DNA from: an uncultured delta proteobacterium | GTDB taxonomy: Bacteria; Myxococcota_A; Polyangia; Polyangiales; Polyangiaceae | Length of the DNA: 64,000 nt | Assembly (NCBI GenBank): GCA_963850305.1 | Contig: CAWKKR010000008.1 | Span: forward strand, 608,001 to 672,000 | Reading direction: 5' to 3' | In this document: in pieces, positions 1 through 9,616 of the stretch | How the letters are laid out: the number at the start of each line of letters is the position of its first letter | How positions within the stretch are numbered: position 1 is the stretch's first letter | Notes under the pieces: generated by a model | The model's database searches: none | What the model was told of the DNA's origin: nothing | Seen by the model: the letters and a program-made list of their open reading frames with translations, nothing else | Program-made: the position numbers and the translations under genes

Positions 1-221
1 GTGCCATTGTCATAGCCGGCAGAACCCATCTGCTCGCCGCCGGTTCCGTTCATCGCCCCGCCGGAGTCCGAGGGACCACCGCCTGAAGTCGTGTTGGGCC
101 CCTGGGCGGCGCCGCTGTCATTCAGATAGCCCGCGAGCGACTGGTTTTCCGGGGACGCGCAGGCCGCAGCCATGCACGCGATCGTGGCGAGGAGTGCCCC
201 ATGGCGAATCGAGCGGACCAT
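1..221 (-). CDS. Lipoprotein, N-terminal part (runs off the left edge)
   Basis: Manual translation from ATG at 221: MVRSIRHGALLATIACMAAAC-ASPENQ..., a signal peptide with lipobox followed by a G/S-rich linker; open to position 1. Confidence 0.65.
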   Translation of the reverse strand, partial: MVRSIRHGALLATIACMAAACASPENQSLAGYLNDSGAAQGPNTTSGGGPSDSGGAMNGTGGEQMGSAGYDNG

Positions 222-296
222 GCCCTCTACTCGCTCCGCGAGCGAGCGCCGAGGAGGACCCGACGGGCCAACATAGGGGACTTTTCCGGCCAGAGG

Positions 297-653
297 CTAA
301 GTCGTCGGAAATGGCTCTCGCGTGGCGTCCTTGACATTCGACTCGTCGGTCCCGGACGCGAACTCGGTTGCGGCGGCGGTTTCGATGAACGGACCCCCAT
401 CTTCCTCGATGAGCTTCCGATCGAGAACGTCCTGTCCCTCGTTTTGGGCACTGGTCACGGTCTCGATGAACTCTTCCCCGAACTCGGCGGCGTCGTCATC
501 TCGACCGTCCGCGGACTTCAGGAACGGAACGGCATCCGCGCTGCGCAACTCGCGACCGTGCGCGAGAAGCTCGGCAGCGTACTCGGGCGAGATGTGGCCC
601 GCACCGTCACGTCGTCGAAGTTGCGGGGCTCGCGAAGGCTTCTTGGAATTCAT
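297..653 (-). CDS. Acidic hypothetical protein of a type seen in myxobacteria
   Basis: MNSKKPS...AAEFGEEFIETVTS...GGPFIET...EFASGTDESN...REPFPTT; coding-like composition. Confidence 0.7.
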   Translation of the reverse strand: MNSKKPSRAPQLRRRDGAGHISPEYAAELLAHGRELRSADAVPFLKSADGRDDDAAEFGEEFIETVTSAQNEGQDVLDRKLIEEDGGPFIETAAATEFASGTDESNVKDATREPFPTT

Positions 654-765
654 GTCGATTGACCTCGGTTCAGATGTAGCACGCGGTAAAGCGTGAAGCC
701 TTAAGTCCGTCCGTCGCCGAGCAGGAGTGCTCGGACGACGGAATGATGCCACCATCCAGGTCTTC

Positions 766-2049
766 ATGGCGGATGCCTTTCACGCCTATCCCGCCGAACT
801 CGCGAAGTATGCGCGAGAACGCTGGCCTCCCTCCGCGGTCAGCGCGTGTCCGCCGCCGACCGTGCTCGAAGAACTACTGTCCACAGCGTACCACGCGTCG
901 CTTCTCCGAGAAGAGGAGCGACCCGTGAATTGTCGCGTGCTCTTCCTCGAATCCGGCGAGTTGCCGGAGACGGGGGGTCCACCGACGGGCCTCCACAGAT
1001 TGGTCTTCGATCGCCCTCGGCCCTACACGGACCACGAACTCAGACGCCTTTCCCCGGCGGCGAAGTACCCGCGCGCGCTCATAGGCGTCCACCTCGGACC
1101 GGCCGGAAAATTGGAAATCTGGGGCATCGTGCAATCCGGGCCACGCTGGATGCTCGAGGCACTGGGGGCCCGGACCAGCGCCGCGCCGTTGCCCCGTGTC
1201 CCGGTCGCGCGAATCAGCGGCCCGGGACGGATCGCGCTCGCCTGCGGCTCCCAGACGATCGCGGAGCTCCGGGGAGGCCGACTGACCGACGTCTCCATGG
1301 ATGTGTTCGCATCCGACTGGTTGTCGAAGCGATTCGCGGATTTGCGACGCGAGCTCACCGAGCTTCACGCGGAGGCCGAGCGGAGCGAAGGGGCGCGGTG
1401 GGCCAAACTCGAGCACGACGTGCTGCGTCTCGTATCGCAGCACGTCCTGAAACGGCTCATCGCGACGATCCGGTCCGCGCATCACGGAGGCGCCGTGCTG
1501 TTGCTACCAGCAGCCTGCATCGCCGGGATGGGCGAGGGTCGATTCGTACAGCTGAAATACGCGTTCCGCGACGAGGAACCACGGCGACGGTACCGGACGC
1601 TCGCGCTCCAGATCATGCGAACGCTCGCCGAAGGAACCGACCCCGACGGGGCGCCCGTCGGATGGGACGCCTATCGTACGTCGCAGAAGCTGGCGGACCT
1701 CGACGAAGCCCTGGTCGAGATCTCACACCTCTTCGCGGCGCTCGCCGACGTGGACGGCGCGGTCGTCGTGTCGGAAGATCTCGAGTTTCTTGGGTTCGGC
1801 GGGGAGATCACCGGCGATCTGCCGCACGTCGACATCGTCGAGCGCGCCCTCGATCTCGAAGGAGGTACGCGCGTGCCCGAAGTGGTCGACTCGGAGGGCA
1901 CGCGGCACCGTTCCGCATACCGTCTATGTGCCCGCTTCCACGACGCGCTGGCGCTCGTCGTGTCCCAGGACGGCGCGGTCCGTTTCATCGCATGGCACGA
2001 GGGCGCCGTCACGTATTGGGACCATGGGGCGCTGGGGGCCGAAGCCTGA
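766..2049 (+). CDS. Diadenylate cyclase (DisA_N/DAC domain) with N-terminal putative sensor domain (DACNV-like)
   Basis: DAC motifs DVDGAVVV, GTRHRSA and VSQDG near the C-terminus; N-terminal AYHASLLREEERP segment; no TM helices. Confidence 0.8.
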   Translation: MADAFHAYPAELAKYARERWPPSAVSACPPPTVLEELLSTAYHASLLREEERPVNCRVLFLESGELPETGGPPTGLHRLVFDRPRPYTDHELRRLSPAAKYPRALIGVHLGPAGKLEIWGIVQSGPRWMLEALGARTSAAPLPRVPVARISGPGRIALACGSQTIAELRGGRLTDVSMDVFASDWLSKRFADLRRELTELHAEAERSEGARWAKLEHDVLRLVSQHVLKRLIATIRSAHHGGAVLLLPAACIAGMGEGRFVQLKYAFRDEEPRRRYRTLALQIMRTLAEGTDPDGAPVGWDAYRTSQKLADLDEALVEISHLFAALADVDGAVVVSEDLEFLGFGGEITGDLPHVDIVERALDLEGGTRVPEVVDSEGTRHRSAYRLCARFHDALALVVSQDGAVRFIAWHEGAVTYWDHGALGAEA

Positions 2050-2149
2050 TTGTGCTCGGAATCCGTCCGCGAACATGAGAAAAAGGGCGGTCGCGGGCAA
2101 GCCAGGCGCGCTGGGAAACGTTCGCGTCGCAACCAAGGAGACACTCATC

Positions 2150-2752
2150 ATGGCAATTCTTCGCTTCGCTTTTGCAATAGGGGTGATCGGTGCCGTCGCC
2201 TCGTCCGCATGCAGCAGTAGCAGCGGCGGCTCGGGAACCTTCTCGAGCGGGCTTCCGTCCAGCGACACCCTGAGCGGTCTCAGCGACTCGGACATCCAGA
2301 AGCTCTGCGGTGAAATAAGTTCGTTCACGGACTCCTACGCGTCCAATACCGGGGCATGTAACATCGCCGGCTACGCGGCTGCGGCTTTCAGCAAGCAACT
2401 TGGCGGGACGACCGACACGACCACCCTGCGGCAACTGTGCTCCGCGGCAGTCTCGCAATGCCAGGCCCAGAGCGGGCACATCGACGCCGGCGTCTCGGCG
2501 TCGACGTGCCAGAAGCCGTCTTCGACTTGCACGGCCACCGTCGGAGACCTCGAGGCGTGCTTGAACGATGCGAAGACCGCCGCACAGAAGGAGTACGCGG
2601 GTATCCCATCCTGCTCGACCCTCACGGCGGCCGATTTGAGTTTGACGGACGGCAGCCTCTCGGTCGGCACGGCGAGCGAACCCGCGTCGTGCGCGACGCT
2701 CAATCAAAAATGTCCGGACTTCGCGAGCGGGTCCAACAGCGGTAGCCCGTGA
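2150..2752 (+). CDS. Cys-rich lipoprotein
   Basis: AAGGAG RBS; MAILRFAFAIGVIGAVASSAC lipobox; paired cysteines. Confidence 0.8.
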   Translation: MAILRFAFAIGVIGAVASSACSSSSGGSGTFSSGLPSSDTLSGLSDSDIQKLCGEISSFTDSYASNTGACNIAGYAAAAFSKQLGGTTDTTTLRQLCSAAVSQCQAQSGHIDAGVSASTCQKPSSTCTATVGDLEACLNDAKTAAQKEYAGIPSCSTLTAADLSLTDGSLSVGTASEPASCATLNQKCPDFASGSNSGSP

Positions 2753-2788
2753 ATCGCGGGAGTCATCGGAACCGGGGAAGCGCATCTG

Positions 2789-3199
2789 ATGTCGGACGAC
2801 AACTCGCACTCACCTTCGGACGAAGCCGCGGAAGAACCGCCCCCGTCCTCCGCGAGCCGGAGACGGGACACGAGGTTCCAGGTGGAAGCGTCCATCACGC
2901 TGGAGAGCGAACACAATCTCTACGCCGGATTCGTCGAGAATCTGTCCGTCTCCGGGGTCTTCATCGCAACCCATTCCTTGCGCAGGATCGGGGAGCAAGT
3001 GGAGTTCTCTCTCCGTCTGGGTGAACGAGAAGACACCATCGCGGGGGTCGCGGAGGTCCGCTGGATCAGGGAATATTCGGAGACGAGCGACTCACCTCCG
3101 GGCATGGGTCTGCGTTTCGTCGAACTGGACGCCAACAGCCAGGCGCACCTGGAAACGTTCATTCGCTCGCGCGAGCCGCTATTCTTCGACGACGACTGA
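2789..3199 (+). CDS. Stand-alone PilZ protein (TIGR02266-like)
   Basis: RRRDTR and ENLSVSG motifs; VRW...PGMGLRF; REPLFFD tail. Confidence 0.9.
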   Translation: MSDDNSHSPSDEAAEEPPPSSASRRRDTRFQVEASITLESEHNLYAGFVENLSVSGVFIATHSLRRIGEQVEFSLRLGEREDTIAGVAEVRWIREYSETSDSPPGMGLRFVELDANSQAHLETFIRSREPLFFDDD

Positions 3200-3364
3200 C
3201 CGGCGGAGCCGAGTTCACGGAATTTTTCCGAGGGCGATCCTGAAATTCGCACTCAACGACCTCAATTTCGTCTCGTGTCGGTTGAAATTGGGCAAAGTGA
3301 TGTATCTAATGTGATCACACGCGGTGCGGAGACGTCCGCAACCAGCCAAAAAGGATCGAGAGAA

Positions 3365-3865
3365 ATGCCCAAGACCCCCGCGAAGGCGAACAAAAGCGCT
3401 TTCATCCGCAGTCTGCCGGCCGACATGCCTGCGGTAGACGTCGTGGCCAAAGCCAAGGCTGCGAATCTGAAACTCACGCCGGCATTCGTCTACGCGATAC
3501 GTAGCAAGTCCCGGAAGCATGGGGCCGGAGGTTCCGACGGCACGCCCGCAAAGCGCGGCCGCAAGCCCGCGTCGGGAAAGCCCACGGCGAGTGAGTTCGT
3601 TCGATCCCAGCCGGTGACCCTCAAGGCAAGCGAAGTGGTCGCCGCCGGGGCGAAAGCGGGACTGACATTTTCGACGAACCTCGTCTACGCGGTGCGGTCC
3701 AGCGGCGGCGGTCGCAAGGGTGGCGCGCGCGGCAAATCGTCAGGAACCTCCGGCGCGCTCGAGATGACATTGCGGCGCGCGGCACTCGATCTGGGAATCG
3801 GCCGCGCCCGTCAGGTCATCGATGACCTGGAGCGCAGGCTCCGCGATCTCATTGGCGCTGGCTAG
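3365..3865 (+). CDS. Small basic protein with two internal ~40-aa repeats; putative DNA-binding protein
   Basis: NKSAFIRS...VYAIRS and TASEFVRS...VYAVRS repeats, KRGRKP linker, C-terminal helical hairpin. Confidence 0.75.
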   Translation: MPKTPAKANKSAFIRSLPADMPAVDVVAKAKAANLKLTPAFVYAIRSKSRKHGAGGSDGTPAKRGRKPASGKPTASEFVRSQPVTLKASEVVAAGAKAGLTFSTNLVYAVRSSGGGRKGGARGKSSGTSGALEMTLRRAALDLGIGRARQVIDDLERRLRDLIGAG

Positions 3866-3923
3866 TTCCGAAGAACGCACGTCGGCGGGATGCCTTTCCC
3901 CGCCGACGATGCCGGCGGCTTGT

Positions 3924-4352
3924 TCAGGCGACAGCTGGAGCGCGAGCGCCGTCCGCCTTCCGGTGCGGCTGAGAGGTCCCGATCGCATCGGTGAGCGTGT
4001 TCGTCGCGAGATCGGTGACGCCGTGGCCCGTGCGCCGCAGCATACGTGTGACCACCATGGCGGTTGCTTCTCCTCGCCCGAGCACCTCTGCGGAGATCCG
4101 ATCTAGACGGTCCACGACCTTTCGGGCGTACCGGAAACCGCCGACGCCCATCTCCTCGGCGAACGTCAGGGTGGCATCGACGCGACGCCGAATCTCGACG
4201 CGGGAGTCCTGGACGATGCCGAAACCGAAGCCCCAGCTCGCTTCGGTCATTCCTATTGCTAGCTGCCACCACGATCCGACTACCCCATGCTCGCTGTCCG
4301 CCACGATCTTGGAGCGGTCATGCGGCTCTGCTTCGATGTTCTGGATGGTCAT
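3924..4352 (-). CDS. Helical hypothetical protein
   Basis: Strong RBS (GAAGGAGAGG) before ATG 4352; amphipathic helical sequence. Confidence 0.7.
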   Translation of the reverse strand: MTIQNIEAEPHDRSKIVADSEHGVVGSWWQLAIGMTEASWGFGFGIVQDSRVEIRRRVDATLTFAEEMGVGGFRYARKVVDRLDRISAEVLGRGEATAMVVTRMLRRTGHGVTDLATNTLTDAIGTSQPHRKADGARAPAVA

Positions 4353-4585
4353 CAGGCCCTCTCCTTCACGACGAGTCGCGGACGCCCATTTGCCCCGCGC
4401 GACGTCGTCGGACGAGCCTTCCATCTGTCAGCGCGCCCGTAAAGACAGATAATTGCGGCGCGACTGAACCGATCAGCCGGACAGGGTGCCGACCCGGCAA
4501 TGGCTCAGCCTCACCGCAAGGTTTGCAGCAGGCGGGCCTGCGACGTCCCCCAAGGCGAACCCCGTTCGCGAAGCGAAGGCGGCGG

Positions 4586-5767
4586 TCACTCCGCCGCGTG
4601 AACGCGCTCGACCCGAGGTGGCGGTTGAATCACGCCCTGCCGGTCGCCGAACACCGCGGGCTTCCGGCCAATCCAGCGGAAGCGGTCGAATGCATCGAGA
4701 TTCTTGTTCAGCACGACCTGGAAGCATGCGGCGTTGCCCTGCATGCCGATGATGACCGACCACGCGAGGAACAGATGCCAGATGCGGAACCAGCGCTCAC
4801 CGTAGGCGGCGACGACGGCGTCCTTATTGCTGAGCCAGTTGTCGTGCCAGCGCTTGATTGTCCAGCTGTAGTGAGGACTGATGTTCTCCACGCTGTGTGT
4901 CTCCCAGCCCGCCTTCTCCATCGCCGTCAGCATGCCCGACGGGGCGAGACTCGCGTCCGCACCGGGGAAAATGTACTTGTTCATGAAGAGACCCCAGATG
5001 AGGTCTTCCGGGCGAAGACCGCGGCGCAGGCCGGTCCACTGGAGCAAAAAGAGCCCGTCGTCAGTGAGCAGATCGCGCACCTGCTCATAGAACGAAACCA
5101 GGTTCTTCACTCCGACGTGCTCCACCATCTCGAGACTCGAGATGCGGTCGTATTTCGTCTGAGGGATGTCGCGATAATCTTTACAGAGGATGCGGGCGCG
5201 ATCCTGGACGCCCCACTCCCGTGCGCGCTCGTTACCGAACTCCGCTTGATTCTGCGCGATCGTCACGCCCGTCGCGTCGGCACCGTAGTAACGCGCGGAG
5301 TGGCACGCGAGGGTGCCCCAGCCGCAGCCGATATCCAGCATCCGATGTCCGGCCTCGAGTTGCAGCTTTTGACACACGAGGTTCAGTTTGTTGTCCTGCG
5401 CCTGCTCGAGCGTCTCGTCCGGATTGGTGAAGAACCCCGACGTGTAGATCATTCGCTCCCCGAGGAACCAACCGAAGAAGTCATTGCCGCGATCGTAGTG
5501 TTCGCGGACGATGCGCTCGTCTTGCTTCTTCGAGTGGATCGCAACCTCGGGGACGAAGTTCGTCACCATCCACTTGAGGTGCTTCGGCGTGAGCGTGTAC
5601 TTTACGAAGAGGTCACGATCCTTGAGGAGCGCGTAGATGTCGCCCGGGATGTCGATGGCCCCGTCGAAGTACGCCTCGTACAGAGTCGCCATCGGAATGC
5701 GCGCGTGCGCGTACTTCCGCGCGAGCTTCTTGTCGTTGAACACCACGTAGTCGGACAGGCTCTTCAT
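4586..5767 (-). CDS. CFA-synthase-family SAM methyltransferase (sphingolipid C9-methyltransferase-like)
   Basis: EHYDRGNDFF, MIYTSG, AQDNKL, LDIGCGWG, SLEMVEHVG, KYIFPG motifs. Confidence 0.9.
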   Translation of the reverse strand: MKSLSDYVVFNDKKLARKYAHARIPMATLYEAYFDGAIDIPGDIYALLKDRDLFVKYTLTPKHLKWMVTNFVPEVAIHSKKQDERIVREHYDRGNDFFGWFLGERMIYTSGFFTNPDETLEQAQDNKLNLVCQKLQLEAGHRMLDIGCGWGTLACHSARYYGADATGVTIAQNQAEFGNERAREWGVQDRARILCKDYRDIPQTKYDRISSLEMVEHVGVKNLVSFYEQVRDLLTDDGLFLLQWTGLRRGLRPEDLIWGLFMNKYIFPGADASLAPSGMLTAMEKAGWETHSVENISPHYSWTIKRWHDNWLSNKDAVVAAYGERWFRIWHLFLAWSVIIGMQGNAACFQVVLNKNLDAFDRFRWIGRKPAVFGDRQGVIQPPPRVERVHAAE

Positions 5768-5984
5768 CTCTGACCTTTCGATTCCCTCGGATCCAGGGCC
5801 CAAGAGCCCAACATGCTTTTGTGACGAGAAGGTAGGGAATTCGACTCGACACGCACGTCGACGATAGATTGTCGGCCCGAAAATCCGGGCTGCGTAGCAG
5901 GCTATGCACCACGGCGCACCGACAGCAACGCTCTCCCTTGGACACGCATTCTCTCCGGTGAAGGAGAGCTCAGCGGAACATCCG

Positions 5985-6437
5985 ATGAATCGACCACAAG
6001 CCGATGGATTCTTTGAGCGATCTACATTTCGTATTGTGCGGATCAGCGTGGTCGCGCTGGCATGTGCGGTCGGCGCGCCGACCGCGCATGCCGAGCCGCG
6101 CGAGGTGAAGATCACGAACATCGGCCTGCACGTCGGCGGTGGGCCGAACGACGCTCGGACCAAGCTGCCCTTTTTGCGCGCCATCGCAGCCCGGTTCGAT
6201 GACTTTCGAGCGTGCTACGACCGTTTCGCGGGCGGCGCGCACGGCACGTTCGGCGTGGACCTGCTCGTTCCGCGCGGGGGCGGGCACCCCTCCACATCGA
6301 ATCCGCGCACGGCGATGTCGGGACCGGATTTCCGAGCGTGCGTGGTGAAAGCGTTCGAGGCAGTCGTGTTCGAACGCCCCGCGCGCGGAACGACGAAGCT
6401 CAGCTACGCGCTGGATTTCGAGCGAAGTTCGCACTGA
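5985..6437 (+). CDS. Secreted protein with TonB-C/AgmX-PglI-like domain
   Basis: Signal peptide ending AHA|EP; FRACY...G.F.V...FRACVVKAF...F pattern; start uncertain. Confidence 0.6.
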   Translation: MNRPQADGFFERSTFRIVRISVVALACAVGAPTAHAEPREVKITNIGLHVGGGPNDARTKLPFLRAIAARFDDFRACYDRFAGGAHGTFGVDLLVPRGGGHPSTSNPRTAMSGPDFRACVVKAFEAVVFERPARGTTKLSYALDFERSSH

Positions 6438-6498
6438 CCCCGGACGTCGTATTCGAAGTCGACCGCGAGTGACTGCAAATCAGGCTATGGTTCCATCC

Positions 6499-8576
6499 AT
6501 GGCGACGGGCGGACCTCCAGGCGGTGCTCCGCGGGGGATGGCGCGCGCGAAGGACGCCCCGATGTCGGCGGGAAAGTACGTACTCCTGACCGAGGTGTCG
6601 CGCGGCTACATAGGCGCGTTGTGGCTCGGACGCGACCCGCGGGAGGGCGGCGCCGTGTTCGTGCGCCGCATCGCGCCCCTGGTCTCGTCGAGCACGCGGG
6701 CTGCGGTGCTGGACGCCGCGCGCTGGTCGCAGACCACGGATGAGACGGGCACGACCGAGCTCGTCGAGGGGCGCGCCAGCGTCGATGTCATTTCACGATT
6801 CGGGGATGGCGAGCTCCTGCGTTCCCTGCTCCGCACTGCAGCCTTGAAACACATCGCGGTGGAGCCGACCGTGCTGCTCGGCATCGCGCGTGATCTGCTC
6901 GCGCGGCTGAGTGAACTCCACGCGCAGGCCGCTCGGGACAAGTCGCTGCACGAGTTTGGCGGCGTTCACCCCGACAGTATTTTCGTCGGCGCCGACGGTA
7001 GCGTCCGACTGCTCGACGCGGGCGTGGGAGCGGCGGCATCGGCGCGGGAGCCGTGGCGGAGCGATCCCCAGCGGATCGGCTATTTTGCGCCCGAACAGAT
7101 CGACCTGAGGGGCGTGCTGGGACCCGGCACGGACGTCTTCGCCGTCGGTGTCGTGCTCTGGGAGGCGCTTTCGAATCGTAGGCTCTTCCCCGGAAACGAC
7201 GCCAAGACGACTCGCGAGCGCGTTCAGAGATCGCCGATAACACGACTCGACGCGGTCGGCCGGACCGGTGTGCCGGGCGTGGCGACGGACATTGCCGACA
7301 TCGTGAGCAAAGCTCTGGAGCGGGATCCCGCCGCGCGATTTGGAAGCGTGGCGGAGATGGCCGAAGCGGTCGGCCGACTCGCATGCGCGAACGGCGCCGA
7401 CATCGGGGCATGGGTGGCCTTGCTTGCCGACGCGGCCATCGGGAAGCGCCGGCAGTTGCTCGAGCGCGTCGCAGGCGGCGGGAGTATTCCCCCGCCGTCT
7501 GGGCCGGTCAGCGTCGAATCCGGCGAGCGACGTGAGTCCGTCGATCCCGCCGAGCGCACCGCATCCCGAGGTCGAGGACGGCGAACCGCCCCTGGTCGTG
7601 CGGGAAGAGACGGTGGCTCCGGCGGTGGCGCCCATCGCCGCGGAGTCGACGCCCGAGACGACCGCAACGCCGAGCGGCGCGCCCGTTCCGGATTCCACGA
7701 CAGGCCGTGCGGAGACGGGCAACGCGACGCCCGGAGGCTCAGCTAGCATCGATTTCGACGATCCTCCCGCGAAGAGCGCGAGCGTGAGGTCACCGGCAGT
7801 GGAAGCCGAAACGATCGGCGTGGCCGACGGCAGCCGCGCATCCGCGACGCCGGCCGGCGAGACCGAGAAGACGCCCACGTCTGCAGCGCCGCACAGCGAG
7901 AATCGACCGAACGCCCCCCCCTCCTCCGCCTCCGTCCATGCGCCCTCAGTTGCCACGCGCCCCGCCGAAGCCGAGCCGCGCGCCACGCATCGCGCGCGAC
8001 GAGGACGGCGAGGATGTGCTGACAGCGCCGCGAACGGCGCTCTCGAGTCCCATCCAGACCTCGGCTCTGCATTCGTTGATGGCGCCGGCGCCGCGACGAA
8101 GAAGCGTGCCGCTGCGTGCCGTCACGGCCGTGGTCGTGGGCCTCGGGATGTCCGTGGGTGGCTACCTCCTCGGTCGAGCGCATCCAGTGGTTCAACGCGT
8201 GCCCCTCCAAAATAAATCGACCACTCCCCTGGTCATGGCGAACGGGAGAGCTCCCTCGACGGCCGTCTCGGGCGGAACGGCAACCGCCGTCGCCACGCCT
8301 TCGAGCTCCGAGGCGAACCCCGCGCCTGCACATCCTGCCCCGACGGAGAGCTCGACCCCAGCCCTGCCGTCCGGGGCGCTTCCGTCGACGCCCGCCGTCT
8401 CCGCGACCGCAAGCGCAGCGCCAGCCGTCGCGCCCGTCGCGAGCGCGCCGGACCACGCTGAATCTCCCCGGGAAGCCGCGGCAGCCGCGGCTGCCGCGCC
8501 CAATCACGGACCCTTGCACCGGCCCCCGCCCTCGCACTCCACTGCCAACTCGGCGTACAAACCCGGAGGGATTTGA
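6499..8576 (+). CDS. Ser/Thr kinase-like pseudokinase with TM segment and Pro/Ala-rich tail; two frameshifts (~7505, ~7918)
   Basis: YFAPEQ and DVFAVGVVLWE retained; VHPDSI and DAG replace HRDxKxxN and DFG; protein continues in frames of ORFs 7340.. and 7938..; ends YKPGGI. Confidence 0.75.
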
Positions 8577-9616
8577 ACTTGCTGCGGCCCTCGCCTTTTT
8601 TCGCCATCGCGGTGCTCGCTTGCCTTCCCTCGGTGGCCCTGGGAGCGGGAAAATCCGTCGACGAGGCGACGGCCGCTGAGAAGGCCGAGGCGAGCAACGC
8701 CTTCACGGCGGCGATGGCCAACTTCGACCACGGCGATTTCAAGCAGGCTCTCGCCGGGTTCAAGGCTTCCTACGACGAAGTCCGGAGCCCGAACTCGCAT
8801 TTCATGATCGCGCGAACGATGGCGAAGCTGGGGCAAAACCCAGAAGCTTATGCGGAGCTCGAGGCGGTCGTGACGGAAGCGGACGCCCTGAACGGGCGCT
8901 ACGCGGATACCTCGACGGCCGCGCATGCGAAGATGGACGAGATCCTCCCGCGCATCGGGCTCCTCGTCGTGACGCTCGAAAATGCGCCGAAGGGCACGGA
9001 CGTTCTGGTCGGAAATGACCGCGTCGATCCGGCGCAGCTCGGACAGCCGCTCCCCGAGCTACCCGGGGCGACGATCGTGACCGCCGTCACGCCGACCGGC
9101 GCTAGCTATCCGCACAAGGTCACCCTCGTAGCGGGAGACAAGACCACCCTGCCGATCGACATCGCCGCGGATGCCGCCGCCGCGGCCCCGGCTGCACCAA
9201 AGACATCGCCGCGAACGCATTACCGTGTCGAGATCGAGGGCCACGTCATGGGCGAGACGCTAGGACCGCAGTCGGCGACGCGGGGAGCGGGTTTCGGGGC
9301 GCTCGCGGCGCTCGAGCTCCTGCACACGGGGGTGTTCGGGTTGGGCGACAGTTTCGCGGTGGCCGCCGGGCTCGACTGGAGCGCGACGAGCACGGATCCA
9401 CACTTCTGGATCCCCGTCCTCGCGCAGTGGAACGTCTGGCTCTTTCCGGCGCTGAGCTTCCGCCTCGAGCCGGGCGTGGCCATGCTGACGGGAGCGGGAA
9501 CGCGCGTCACGCCCGCGCTCTACGCTGGGCTACGGTATCAGGTCTACAAGCGCCTCTGCATCACGGGTCGCGTCGGTATTCCAGGAGCGACGATCGGCGC
9601 GTCGCTGCTGCTGTGA
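8573..9616 (+). CDS. Secreted TPR + PEGA-like protein with C-terminal beta-barrel-like region
   Basis: Signal peptide, TPR-like FKQALAGFKASY...SPNSHFMIAR, PEGA-like beta region; 4-nt overlap with the kinase. Confidence 0.75.
   Translation: MNLLRPSPFFAIAVLACLPSVALGAGKSVDEATAAEKAEASNAFTAAMANFDHGDFKQALAGFKASYDEVRSPNSHFMIARTMAKLGQNPEAYAELEAVVTEADALNGRYADTSTAAHAKMDEILPRIGLLVVTLENAPKGTDVLVGNDRVDPAQLGQPLPELPGATIVTAVTPTGASYPHKVTLVAGDKTTLPIDIAADAAAAAPAAPKTSPRTHYRVEIEGHVMGETLGPQSATRGAGFGALAALELLHTGVFGLGDSFAVAAGLDWSATSTDPHFWIPVLAQWNVWLFPALSFRLEPGVAMLTGAGTRVTPALYAGLRYQVYKRLCITGRVGIPGATIGASLLL

Noticed and set aside
4064..5773. Long antisense/alternative-frame ORFs (also 18405..20639, 37098..39014, 55153..57063 and others)
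   Set aside because: Shadow ORFs typical of high-GC DNA, overlapping well-supported genes, Arg/Ala-rich and without motifs
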